In this document: in pieces, positions 12,560-25,221 of the stretch
Numbering within the stretch: the stretch's first letter is position 1
How the letters are laid out: the number at the start of each line of letters is the position of its first letter
NCBI RefSeq assembly: GCF_036588685.1
Contig: NC_086382.1
Coordinates: 64,666,001 to 64,730,000, forward strand
DNA from: Mytilus trossulus
Lineage: Eukaryota
Reading direction: 5' to 3'
Length of the DNA stretch: 64,000 bases
Translations under genes and position numbers: made by a program
Notes under the pieces: generated by a model
Databases searched by the model: none
Told to the model about the DNA's origin: nothing
Seen by the model: only the letters and a program-made list of their open reading frames with translations

Positions 12560-14700
12560 ATCTTCTTTCACTTCATTCCTCAAAACCATGTGAAATGATG
12601 CGACTTTGAGGTTAGAAAAACGCCCGTCGTCCACATTTTCCTCAAATTGAACTGAAAGCCAATGAGACGGATGTCATTTATCGTGGTCTATACATTTTGT
12701 ACTTTATCGTGATGGTGTTCATAACATTTACGGGTGTGATTTGTTCTCCTCGTAACTCTGTTAGAGCAGTTTCTATATAAGGAGCTCACCCCTGTATACG
12801 AAATCACTGACGTGTGAACACATGCACGAGTATAACGTATCAATTGAGATATGTAAAAACCATACAACGGAGCAGAGGGTATGTTACTGCTATGAAAATT
12901 GGAAATTCATGATATGGAAGTTGAAATCATCCAGTGTGTGAAAGATTTAGTGTGAAGTCGTCCATCTGTATCAAGATTATGGAAAAAATCAAGGTATGAA
13001 GCAGTCCTTGTATTAGTGGTTTCCTTAATTATATGTTCACTAGATATATAAGATGCAAGTACTGAATTTAATGTGGGTTATTCAGTGATAGGACATTATA
13101 AATATATCTGAAAGTTTAAGTATTTTGCATAGTGTTTTGCTTGTTTTAGAAGGTTCTTAATTAATTCTGCTTGATACGAGTTCAAAAACACGTCGGCCAA
13201 AAGGTGATTTTGTAAAATGATATCCTTTGTAAGTGAACGATGTTTCAGAATATGTAGGATTACCAGTTGTGATGATTATTCCTAGTTCTTTTGTGAGAAA
13301 TTGGAAATAATGGTTTTTACATACAAAGACAATATTATAGAAGGCTTTATCTGCTGGAACAACGACATATTTGTCATATAAAGATGATAAATCAGTCATA
13401 ACCTCTGGGTTCTTGAATGGGTTAGACACCCTTGTGTTCCTAGTACATCGTAGTTTCTGAATGCGCTTCTGAATACATGAACGAATTGTTTTGATTCATT
13501 CAGACAACCTGTCCAGTTTTGGTTCGTCTGGTTCACGCTTTTCCCATTTTTTAGAATACTCCTCAGATGCATCCATCAGTAACCTGAAGTTCTTTTTCCA
13601 GTTGATTGACTAGGGAATTAATATTGTTTTGTTCCTACACAAAGGAACTTTCTTTGAAAGTATCTAATATTAACAGAAGTAACTGCCCTTTTCTAAAATT
13701 AGATATTTTCGTTTTCACACGGGTATTCCACACCAAAATTGAGGACAACAGGAACGAGTTTTCTTTCCCCATTGTAAAATTTACTGTTTGGACTGCATCT
13801 TCCTTCGGCACTGTCTCACGGTGTTTTGTTTCCCCACTTGCTATATGTCCATGTCAATTGAAGTTTTGAATTTCTAAGATCGTAATATACGTGTTACTGG
13901 TAAATTATTAAGTCATGGTTTTCGTTGCCATTTTACTAAAGACTTGGTTAAGATGTGTAGCTGTAAAAATGTAAACATATATTATTTCCAAACGGAATAG
14001 TACATCCTAGATGTTACGGTAATGTTGTTAACCGAGCTCGGAACTACAGATAAGATCAAGGTAAACTATCCATTTCTTTAAATAAACATATTCTGAAAGT
14101 TTACCTTATTAAACACTGTAATTGATCTTTGAATATTGGTTTTATTGGAACATATATTTACTTTGTTATCAGTGAGTTAAAACCATACTAATTATTATTG
14201 TTATACACATATAAAATATGCACATTGACGGTACTACAATCTGTCGATTCTTATATTTTGGCCATGCAAAAGGTCATGTTTTTCTTTGTCTGTTATTGAC
14301 GTCTTACATTAAATCCATCTTTCTGTTTGACCTAGACGTAAAGACGATAACATAGTAAAAAATAAGGCCTAAATAAATCTAAGTTTGATACAGTAAAGAG
14401 TTTAATTTTATAAATTCACAACGCAAATTTCAAACAATCTTTGCGGTTCAATCATTACAATCAATCTTTGCGGTTCAATCATTACAAACACTTTGATACT
14501 AAATTAGTGTCAAATCTCTGTGTGCATATAAAAGTAAGAACGTGGAGCACAAGAAGCTTCCATGGGAAATCCAACTGTGTCTTGAATACCACACATGCCC
14601 TGCAAACGTAACCCTCTTGTTGTCAATCAAAAAGTCAAATATGTTGGAAGACCCAGCAATATAACGTTTAGTGAGGATATTTGTGAAATAGATCATCTTT
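12560..14700. mobile_element. Cluster of decayed Penelope-like RT fragments in both orientations
   Basis: Minus ~12560-13000 (DDFNFHI...SNIPSAP...ISIDT region); minus 13150-13605 (KYVVVPADKA..NIVFVCK); plus 13610-14150 (CPFLKLDI...TKIEDNRNEFSFPIVKF); minus 14500-14700 (FDFLIDN..VTFAG). Many stops and frameshifts. Clade assignment is from motif recall. Confidence 0.6.
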
Positions 14701-16066
14701 GATTGAAATTTGCAGTTAAATCTAAGCTGATTTTGCGGGTGCTCAAAACAGGAAAGCAGGATTTATGTCATTCGGATTGGAGGAAAATTATGAAATTATT
14801 TTTTTGTAAAGTTTTTTTTTATAATTCTTCCCCTTAGATCGTCGCTTTACATGATTTTGCTTTTTATGTGTTTATAAACATATAAATGATATGATGAATG
14901 CTATAAAAAAAAAATACGATTTACATGTCTGTGGTGTTCTCTTGCTAAATAACAATTTTACATTCAGTATTAGATACAAGATATTGCCATTGTATCATTT
15001 GTCTTTTAGTGTGTTGGTATTATGATTGGTTTTCCGCGATGAAATACGTTGAAATGTGTTATAAACCCATAATACATTCCTTAGTATGAAACTCAATTAG
15101 TTGACGTGACAGTCTAAATGTCTTGGTAAGAAAATATAAAAATCTAGTCAATTGTGACAATAACTGTTTAGCGTCTTTGAATATCAGCTTAATTTGAACA
15201 AGGCTTGGAAACAGGTGTAATGCGAGCTTCATTTATGAACATCATCATAATTTTAGGGCCTTTTATAGCTTGCTGTTCCATGTTGAAGGCCGTACATTGA
15301 CCTATAATGGTTTACTTTTATAAATTGTGTCTTGGAAGGAGCATTAATACCACATCTTCCTTAGCTATCTTTTTATGTTTTATTAACTTAAGTTTGTTTT
15401 CATGTCTATTCCGTCGTGTGTCGTAACTTGAAAAATGCATCCTCCTTCTAAATCGTTATTTTACTGATGCAAATATATATTGTCTATTCATCAAAATCAT
15501 GCGTGTGATAGTTTTGTCCAATGAATCAAAGTTCCAATCGATTAACATATCATGTTTACGTTCCATACAAATTATTATCACTAAGCAGGTTAATTACAGA
15601 ATTCAAATATAAATGACATTGTTACATTTGAGGTAAATACCATGTAAATACCATCTATTCAATAATTGTTATATGATTAACGTGCTCGTCTGTTTCCCAA
15701 CGGAAGCTTCAATTACTTTATATTCATACTCCATGACAGAATCAAGTTGCCATATAGTGACATTGTTGTCAATATCAACATGTTTGATCTGGGACTCAAT
15801 ATATTATGCCCCAGGTAATATATAGATGTAAAACAGTACTGATTCAAAATCAAAAGAACTAGTTTTAATCAATTTTGCGATTGTTCTATATCTATCTGAG
15901 ATATTCGAAATAAAGTACTGTATAATGATCTCACGTCCTCCTTGTGGTACATTTTTCTCCCTATTTTTGACTCACCGAAATAGTTCCTTGTGTATGTATC
16001 AGAAAGAGGGTTTTAGAAAAGTACTACACTTCAATAATACAGTTTGTTTCCAGTTGTCGTAAGTGA

Positions 16067-18229
16067 TTAACAATTGTTAAATACCTTGTTTCCTACAACA
16101 GTGGTGCTTATTTTATTTTGTTTTGAAGAACTATTTATAACTTTCTTCTTAAATTTACCAATGTCTTTCATTTTCTGGTAGTAGTTACTGAAATTTGTTG
16201 CAATGATAGCTATGGGCATTGCCAAAATAAGAAGACCACATACTGCGCATAAACAACCAACAATCTTTCCGGGCGTTGATTTCGGGTAAACATCACCATA
16301 TCCAACCGTTGTCATAGTAACAACAGACCACCAAAGACCAGAAAATGAAGACGGAAAGGTCGAAGGTTCTTGAAACTCTGCATAATATATGAAATTAGCA
16401 AACAGAGCAGCTATGACAATAAATGTAACTAGTAACAGTAGTAGCTCTTTAAAACTTGTTTTAAGAGATAATAGTAATACTCGAAGTTCAAGGTACTGTT
16501 TGTATATTCTAAAAATTCGAATAAGTCTTAGAGATATCATACAGTATGACATTCCAAATATCCACGTAGCGGTGTATGAGTTCATGACAAGTGTCATGTT
16601 CAATTCAAGACAAAATCGTGTCCACATCGACACGTTCAGAATAAGATCCATTATGTTCAACCAATTTTTGAGGAATTCGATCTTACTTGGACAAACAATT
16701 AATCTAATAAAATATTCTAATGTGAAGAATACCAAAAAAAATCTGTCAAGTGTATACCACCAAATTGGTAATATAGTTGTCGCATGTAGTACATCTTTAG
16801 GATTATTCCTATCGGTATAAACATTAAATCCAGCGGAGGTAGTTACATTGATAAGTGTATCAATATCGATGTACTGTTCTCGCATCTCTTCACAGGTGAA
16901 CAAAAAAGCCATTATGGCTGATAATACAACAACCAGTATATATATTATGTTGTAAACCTGGAATATAAAAAGGACAAATATACTATAATCATTTTCTTCA
17001 ATTCTCATTGGTGATCATAAATAACTCTGAAGTTTGGTACTTTTGATTATTTTACAGTAAATATAAGAATTTTGTCCAATTGTTTTTAAATGAAAACAAG
17101 ACCGATTGTATTTTTTATGTTCAGATTTATCGTTTTACGCACATTCACTCCTCTGTTTCAAATAGTAATCTTTGTAAGAGACTGTTATAAATGTATAGAA
17201 TATAAATAACCATACCTTAAAAGTAGAAAGAAATGTCAGTTCCGTATCAATGATTTGTGAAATTAAATTAATGGAAAATTTGGCGGAAATTATTTTTTCT
17301 TCCTTTAATTTTTCACACATGCATAATTGTTGACACCTTTTTCTTTCAAAAACTCAAAAACAAATAACAAGGATTTTGCGCGTTTTGAAAAATAGCTTTT
17401 TAAACTACAAGTTCAATATATGAAAAGAAAAGATGGTTTAGTGTCCAGATTGTATTGGCACTACATGAATGTTGTATTATTTTGTGCGTCTAAAGCGAGT
17501 TTCAGGATTGACTTTCATGAAGACCGCTCAAAATCCAAACATTTCAAGTTCAGTAATGTTTAAGTCATTAACACGTGAAAAGATATATTACAAAAACATA
17601 AATTTACATTTAGCCAAATGCCTTTCCTGAGTGAGTTGGAACCTTAGTATGTTTTTTTTTAATCATTTCTATGCAAAACATTTCTTAATTTATAAACAGA
17701 AAGTTTAAGTGTTAAACACAGTTTTAATGCAACATGGAATTCAAATCAGGTAGATTAAGTTTTAAAATGTTACCTTAGCAGGTGTTGATGTTAGAGGTTC
17801 CTCCAAAAATAGCCAAATCCGATTAAACCCCCATTGTTTCGTTTCAGCCACATCCAACTCTGTTGAATTGTGCATGTCAAAAGCATGTTTAATCTTTTTA
17901 ATTGTTTCTAGTTCATTTTCAGAATTCAAAAACCGTGACCTGCAACACTCGGCTATGCCTTCAAAAGGTATCTTCCAAAACTCTAATTCCTTCTCCACCA
18001 ATGAACCACATGTACCCGAAGGAATGTGAACTTCATTATTCCGGTAAAAGTCTAAAATTATATTAAACAATTCCGGGTTGCGGTCAAAGAAGTAAAATCC
18101 TTTCTCAGAGATGTATTCCCTAGACTGATTGCTTAATAATCCTAATCGTGTTTCCGGATATCTTTTAAGCGTGTTTTTTTCTGTGATGAATTTTATGCCA
18201 CCGACATTTATTATCGTGCAGTTATCCAT
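16067..18229 (-). CDS. Voltage-gated K+ channel alpha-type subunit, divergent Shaw/Kv3-like; 448 aa
   Basis: Exons 18229-17774 (T1/BTB: INVGG..YPETRLG..YFFDRNP, Zn motif HX5CX20CC) and 16957-16067 (S1-S6, pore WWSVVTMTTVGYGDVYP). Phase-0 GT-AG intron (AAG/GTAAC...TTCCAG/GTT). Confidence 0.92.
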
Positions 18230-19090
18230 AGCTTAAAGGCTTGTAATCTGTGGCTAAATAATTGCTTTACTGCGATGACAATCAAGTATGTCCCATGATA
18301 TTAAGCATGACTTATTAATTGATAATTGGTGTGTATGGGGTATATAACGTTAATCGTTACTTGTGCCAATTATTTTTTAATGAATCATTTTAATTTAACG
18401 ATAGCATTGTAGCGAGGGCAGCATTGTGCATGGTAAGCGTGTGGGTAAGCGTGATATAACATGTGAATAATTCTAAAAAATTATTTGAAAGGTATCATTT
18501 AAAAAAAATAATGCCTGAGACATATAGTTACAGAAATACTTACGAGTCCGCAAGCACATATTGTTGATTTGTCATTATTATACTTTTTTTTTATACTGCA
18601 ATCGTTCTATTTCAGCAGTCAAAATGCGTTGACTGTATATTTTCTATGTCATATGTATACAGTCACTCACCCGATATCACTTTTTTTCTCATGAATATTT
18701 AAATAGATGTTGCCGAAATAATATTTAATTATTCATACGACTCTTCAACCTGTCATTGTTTCCGATGCATGTGTACAAACGATGCGTGGAACGACTCAAC
18801 CTTGTTTCTTTTGCAATTATTGGAAAAAACATATTTCATCTGTTAATATTTTTTGTTTGCAACCTATAAATCATTGTTTAACACTTATGATTGATAATTT
18901 AGTCCATACTCAAACGATTTCGTTCACCAGGATTGTGGTGATTCAAAAGGTAAATCCACATTGCATTTTGTTGTATATTTCTCCGCGAGCATGATCTGAG
19001 GTCTTTTTAAAGGAGATTTCCCGAAGTATTTAAATCAAATAAATAACTTTAACGCATTAAACAACAGTTAAAAATGTTTTTATATTGCAG

Positions 19091-19256
19091 TATAAAGACA
19101 ATAATAGTGCATTGACTTGACATATCAACGATATAAGGATTCGGCCCGAAACGGGGAAATAGCTCGGCTCAGCCTCGCATTTCACCGTTTCTTAGCCTCA
19201 TCCTTATATCGTCGATATATGTCAAGTCAATGCACTATAATATTATTGTCTATATA
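19091..19256. mobile_element. Short hairpin MITE
   Basis: AGACAATAATAGTGCATTGACTTGACATAT...ATATGTCAAGTCAATGCACTATAATATTATTGTCT: imperfect fold-back over its whole length, with TA flanks. Confidence 0.7.
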
Positions 19257-19470
19257 TTCTATTATTACACAAATACATTGTTGCTTAGTTATGATCACTT
19301 ATTGGCTTTGATTTTAAAAACTTGAACAGTTTTGAAGAAATGAATAATATCAACAGACCAGTCTATACACAGAGTAGTACATGTCTTACTTCAATAAATG
19401 CTGTGGTAACGTATAACAGCCATGCAATGTTTAATTTAGTACGTGCAATGCAGCGTAAGCGTGAATAACT

Positions 19471-19834
19471 CACAGGTGCTTGAGGACAGGATCCTGTATG
19501 AGCCCCTCCCCCTTTTTTTTATATTCAAAAATCTCAGATTTTTCGATATATATTACTTATTTGTACCATATATATACTAATATACCATATATACCATATG
19601 TATACTCTAAATATGCATGTTTACTATCAACGTGAATCTCGACTATAGAGCGCTCTATAGTCGAGATTCACGTTGATAGTAAACATGCATATTTAGAGTA
19701 TAAATATGGTATATTAGTATACATATGGTACAAATAAGTGATATATATCGAAAAATCTGAGATTTATGAATATAAAAAAAGGGGGGGAGGGACTATATGG
19801 GGCTCATACAGGATCCTGTCCTCAAGCATCTGTG
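19471..19834. mobile_element. Spacer-less palindromic MITE with 8-bp target-site duplication (P- or hAT-like)
   Basis: Ends CACAGGTGCTTGAGGACAGGATCCTGTATGAGCCCC and GGGGCTCATACAGGATCCTGTCCTCAAGCATCTGTG. Symmetry centre GAGC|GCTC at 19651/19652. GAATAACT is duplicated at 19463-19470 and 19835-19842. Confidence 0.9.
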
Positions 19835-20170
19835 GAATAACTTAGTCACAAAAAAAAAAGTCTTATACATATCAGTCGACCGGCAAAAATCTCAAATGGT
19901 GTTTGTCAGTAACTTTGACATATATTACAAGTAAAAACAATTCGTTTAATGAAAAAAAGATAAAATGGGGGTCATTCGGGATACTCCCATTCACAGACAC
20001 CCAAAAGGGTATCCTGTCTACTAGAACCTGTGAACTTAGTAAGACTGCGTATATATAACTGCGATTTGGAATTTGGATCTTATTAATATAGAAATACAAT
20101 CATTTTGATTGTATAAGTATGTTTACAGTCCATGTGTTTTTCAGGTTATTATTAATAGATCCCATGTAAT

Positions 20171-20197
20171 GGGTTTTCCCTTTATATCTTTAAATAG
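20171..20197 (+). promoter_or_regulatory. Putative IAP-B core promoter: kB-like site plus TATA-like element
   Basis: GGGTTTTCCC (20171-20180) followed by TTTATAT and TTTAAATA, 40-65 nt upstream of the predicted start. Confidence 0.45.
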
Positions 20198-20235
20198 ACG
20201 GTTTGTAATGGCTGAAAAGAAATGACTTCCTCATA

Positions 20236-23200
20236 ATGCTAGTAAGTAGTTTTTCCTGTTACACTTTATCTAAGAATATTTTTTGGGAAAGTTTGTGATA
20301 TTAACAATAAATTTATACATATATATATAAATTAATTAAGTAAATAGTAAATTGTTTGAACATAAGAAAAGTAGAATTAATACATACTGATTAGAGAATA
20401 ATTCCTTCGAATGTCCATATCCTTAGCAATGAATAAAATACTCGTTGTTAACTAAGTATTTTCGTTATAAAGATTCGCTGTGATTTTTGTAAATGTAAAT
20501 TTTTTAGTTAGCACCTCATTATTTTATATTTAGATTTTGCATTAAACAGACCTAATAAACAGGGCATCATTTTAAAAGTTAATATATCACTTGAACAATA
20601 ATTTAATGTGCATATAGTAAACGTAAAGTATATATGCAAAATTTGATTGCAGAGCACAACTGCAAACAGCAATGCAGCTACTGAAACAAGTATGGGCATT
20701 ACAACAACGCGAGCAAAATATACACAGTACGGATCTTATAGAAGTCGCGTGTCTACCTTCAGTGATATGAGAAGTAATATTATACAGTCTAAGGAAATAC
20801 TAGCACGTGCTGGGTTCTTCTATACAGGTTTGTTTCCATAGATAGAAAGGGTAGTTTTTGAAGCTTGAATAAAATATTGACTATAGAACACAAACAAAAG
20901 CGTGAATAAAATTTTGACTATAGAACACAAAAGCTAGATTAAAGTTTTGACTATAGAACACAAAAGCTTGAATAAAATATTGACTATAGAACACAAAAGC
21001 TTGATTAAAGTTTTGACTATAGAATACAAAATCTTGAATACAATTTTGACTATAGAACACAAAAGCTTGATTAAAGTTTTGACTATAGAATACAAAATCT
21101 TATATAAAAATTTGACTATAGAACACAAAAGCTTGAATAAAATATTGACTATAGAACACAAAAGCTTGATTAAAGTTTTGACTAAAGAATACAAAAGCTT
21201 GATTAAAATATTGACTATAGAACACAAAAGCTTATATAAAATTTTGACTATAGAACACAAAAGCTTGAATAAAATATTGACTATAGAACACAAAAGCTTG
21301 ATTAAAGTTTTGACTATAGAACACAAAAGCTTGAATAAAATTTTGACTTTAGAATACAAAAGCTTATATAAAATTTTGACTATAGAACACAAAAGCTTGA
21401 TTAAAGTTTTGACTATAGAACACAAAAGCTTGAATAAAATATTGACTATTGAACACAAAAGCTTGATTAAAGTTTTGACTATAGAACACAAAAGCTTGAA
21501 TAAAATTTTGACTATAGAACACAAAAGCTTGAATAAAATATTGACTATTGAACACAAAAGCTTGAATAAAATTTTGACTATAGAACACAAAAGCTTGATT
21601 AAAGTTTTGACTATAGAATACAAAAGCTTATATACAAATTTTGACTTTAGAACACAAAAGCTTGAATAAAATTTTGACTATAGAACACAAAAGCTTGATT
21701 AAAGTTTTGACTATAGAACACAAAAGCTTAAATAAAATGTTGACTATAATACACAACAGCTTAAATATTTTTTTTACTATGGAACACAAAAGCTTGATTA
21801 AAATTTTGAAGATTTACAAACACAAATATACATCATAGTGTATTTATATATAGTTCTGTAATGTGTTTTGTATCATTACTTGATATATCAGTAATACACA
21901 ACATCGACGTTTATTATACACAGTTGTTGCCATTATATTATTATAGCTATTATTTACCAAACATTTAAAAGAAGGCAAGAATTGAATCAAATTATTAAAA
22001 TGTAAATGTATTATTTTAAACACTTTAGGAACAGGCGATCTTGTTCGGTGTTTTTACTGTGGGGGAGGTTTAAGAAACTGGGACAGATCAGACGACCCGT
22101 GGACAGAACATAAACGATGGTTTCCTAAATGTGATTTCCTCAACAAATTTTCGGATAGGGAACAGACCAATTCAGAAAACAATGTTTCAGCCCAATACGA
22201 ACGTTCGGTGAGTGAAATTTGAATACGTCAGTTTTTTTCTCAATTATAAATATTTTGATGACACAGTACATCTCTTATACAGTTTGAGGCTTTAAAGGAA
22301 AACTGAAAATTTGCTTCATTTATTGCAACTTCATTTTTTTGTACAAACTATTCTAGTTAAAAATAAGGTACATCTTAAATTGGAACTGTAAGTTTACACT
22401 GACTGGTTCTCTTAATGAATCAGATATTGAAACAAAACACAATGAATAAAAATCAAAAATCAAGAATAACATATTGAAACAGAAAAAAATCGAATTACTA
22501 TTTGTATATTTTTTATAAGAAATGTGCCAGTCGCTTTTAATTCTAAAGCTGATATGAAAAATTATGGCATACAATTATTGACTGTTTTTTTTACTTAATT
22601 ATAACTGGTGAAATGTTTGAATAAACCTTGTCGAATATGTTTTAACAGCTTCAGTTGCCAATATACATCGGCCAAGATATCGGAGAAAGTGGCGAGAACA
22701 CAGTTACTCTAGATCCAGGAAATACCAATCTTGACATCATCATTGCAGCCAAGGCAGTACTTCACTTAGGATATAATCGGTTGGATGTCAGAAATGCATT
22801 GGATTTATGTAGCAAAGAAACGAGTTGTAAGTAAACAGTTACATTACGACGATACAAGTTTACAACCTACGTTGCTTTGTCATTCTGTCGATAACGAATG
22901 TCAGAAAACATAAATTGTGTAGGTGCATTCCAGTTGTATTCACACAGGAACAGAAGTGTGATGCCATATTGGTTAGATTTATGAATCAACTCAGGACCAT
23001 CAGCTAAATTTCCAACAGATTTGAATTAAAAATCGTTTTAATATATAAAAAAAAGATGTGGTATGATTGCCAAATGTAACAACTATCCACAAAAGACCAA
23101 AATTACGAAGTAACTACAATCCGTTTCCCTTCAAGTCATGAATGTGACTTAGCAAACCAGACTATTTACCGGATTTGTTATTACATAAGCAACACGGCGG

Positions 23201-24521
23201 ATTCCACATCTGGAACAGGATCTGCTAACCCTTCCGGAGCATCTGATATCACCCTTAGTTTTTGTTTGGGTTCGTGTTGATTATTCTTTGGGTTTCTTTG
23301 TTGTGTCATGTGTACTTTTGATTGTTTGTTTGTCTTTTTCATTTTTAGCCATGGCGCTGTCAGTTTATTTTCGATCTATGAGTTTGACTGTCCCTCTGGT
23401 ATCTTTCGTTTCTCTATCTTTTATCTAAAGTGTAAACTTTAAATAATAACGTTGCCTAGCTACAATAAATAACCTGTAACAATACATATACCAATACACA
23501 AACTATCGCCCCATAATTAACATTTTACCTATATAATGAGTTTGCCTTCTAAAGGAATCGTTATATATAATATAACGCTTTACCTTCACATCAAAATCAT
23601 TGTACTCTTGAGTTATTTATTTCCAAATCATTAAAATTTCAGCTTTGGAATTGAGCTAATTAAAATGATTTTAAAAAGATATTTTCTTGGGAATAGTGAT
23701 TTTTAAATATTTAATCTAATTGTTTTATTTATAGCAACACATGTAACAGCACTCCAGTTATTGACAAAAATATTACAATTGAAACATATACTAGAAAGCG
23801 ACAGTGAAGACAGTCCGAATGGAAGTCGGACACAAGAAAATGATGACTCTTTTATTGAGATTGGTATGTATATCTTTGTACATGGCTGGTACTTACAGTT
23901 AAAATATTAATGATTTTATTTTTGTGCGATTGAAATTAAGAGTGAATTATTAAAATAATCTTTTATAACTAAGTAATGTTAGAGCAGAGATACAAGGAGT
24001 AACTATCATTAGCATTACACTTTATTAAGGTTATGATTTTATTTTTGGTATCAGCATTTTTAGTAGTTTGACAATGGAAATTAGGAACACAATGTATTTC
24101 AAAGAGGCAACAACCCTATCAAAAGTATCCAAGGCAATCAATAGGTATTCAACGGAGTGAGAAAATCCCGTACCCGGAGGTGGGCCTCATGTTTTATTGA
24201 ACAAAATACGATGTTCCAATATATCTTTAAAATATTTGCAGTTGTTAGTTTTTGATTCTGTATTGTGAGTTGTGATTGTTGATGTATTTTCATAGGAAGT
24301 TATTGTTTTCTTGACTTGTGATTGAACATCTAATTTCAGAAAAAGAAAATATTGATTTGAAAGATAAATTTTTCTGCAAAATTTGTCAACAAACTTCAGC
24401 GGAAGTGGCTTTCTTACCATGTGGACATTTAGTGACGTGTCAAGACTGTGGACCTGCAGTGAAATATTGTATAGTTTGTAAAACTCTTGTGAAGGCCACT
24501 GTGAAAGTGTTTATGTCCTGA
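20236..24521 (+). CDS. Inhibitor of apoptosis protein (IAP-B): single BIR, UBA, RING; 282 aa
   Basis: Exons 20236-20241, 20653-20827, 22029-22207, 22649-22826, 23735-23863, 24340-24521 (849 nt, GT-AG, phases consistent). BIR: [11 protein letters not shown]...[47 protein letters not shown]-like [23 protein letters not shown]: CKICQQ...PCGH..TCQDC...CIVCK...VFMS*. The start could instead be the Met at 20692. Confidence 0.9.
20866..21810. repeat. 33-bp minisatellite, ~28 copies, in the IAP-B intron that splits the BIR domain
   Basis: Unit TTGACTATAGAACACAAAAGCTTGA(A/T)TAAA(A/G)T(T/A); the 11-aa periodicity of the overlapping ORFs confirms 33 bp. Confidence 0.95.
23043..23415. mobile_element. 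SINE tail joined to the 3' end of a Penelope-associated repeat
   Basis: 23043-23102 matches the start of the 11161 copy; 23105-23415 is the reverse complement of 46555-46855 and 59366-59670. Confidence 0.65.
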
Positions 24522-25221
24522 ATTCTCAATGACGTTGGAACAGTTTATAACCCCATATCAATTTTGCTTGAAAAGCCAGTATTTATTTATTTAAAAATAA
24601 AATTAATGTTATAAAATCTATCACAGTTTGTTAGATACCAACCTAGAGACTATATATCTCAAATGTCATTTACAACCAATCCCTGACTTTGGATCGGCGG
24701 CAGGATTAAACGTGTGAGTGATCGCTTGATACTCCTTTTACATGGGAGAGTAACAATACATAAACTGTATAAGGCATCAGATTAAAAAGTAGAACAACAC
24801 GTAAAGTATCAATATAGACTATTCGCACTTACTGAAAATTAATCAAAGTAAATTCCAAATAATAAATATTATAAATAATAAATATTCCATGTTTTCTCAG
24901 ACTAAAATATCAATCAGTGCGCATCGAACGGATTTAATGTAAATGCTTCATATACAATTTGAGAAAAAAAACATGATCTTGTGCAAAACCTAACTATATA
25001 TTATGTAGGAACAGTGAGTGTGGATAACTATTGAACACTTTAAAAGTAGTTACATTTTAAAAGCAATGCTAGTTACAAAAAAAAACAAACTTTTAAAATG
25101 ATCTTACTACATTGCTAAATTGATAACTTTGAGGATTAGTTTTGCAATTAAATAGAGAATGGAATTGTGGAATGTGCCAATGAAACAACGACCCGATCAA
25201 AGAGTAAACAAACACAGCTAA

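Noticed and set aside
16389-16820. 143-aa plus-strand ORF
   Set aside because: Antisense shadow of the Kv exon with no recognisable motif.
20934-21838. Long repetitive ORFs (240 aa +, 229 aa -) as protein genes
   Set aside because: They are by-products of a 33-bp stop-free repeat inside an IAP-B intron, with no splice or start context linking them to a gene.
24296-24339. Upstream acceptor (CATAG) for the IAP-B RING exon
   Set aside because: It gives a frameshift and stop. The acceptor at 24339 is in phase and matches the intron position in IAP-A.
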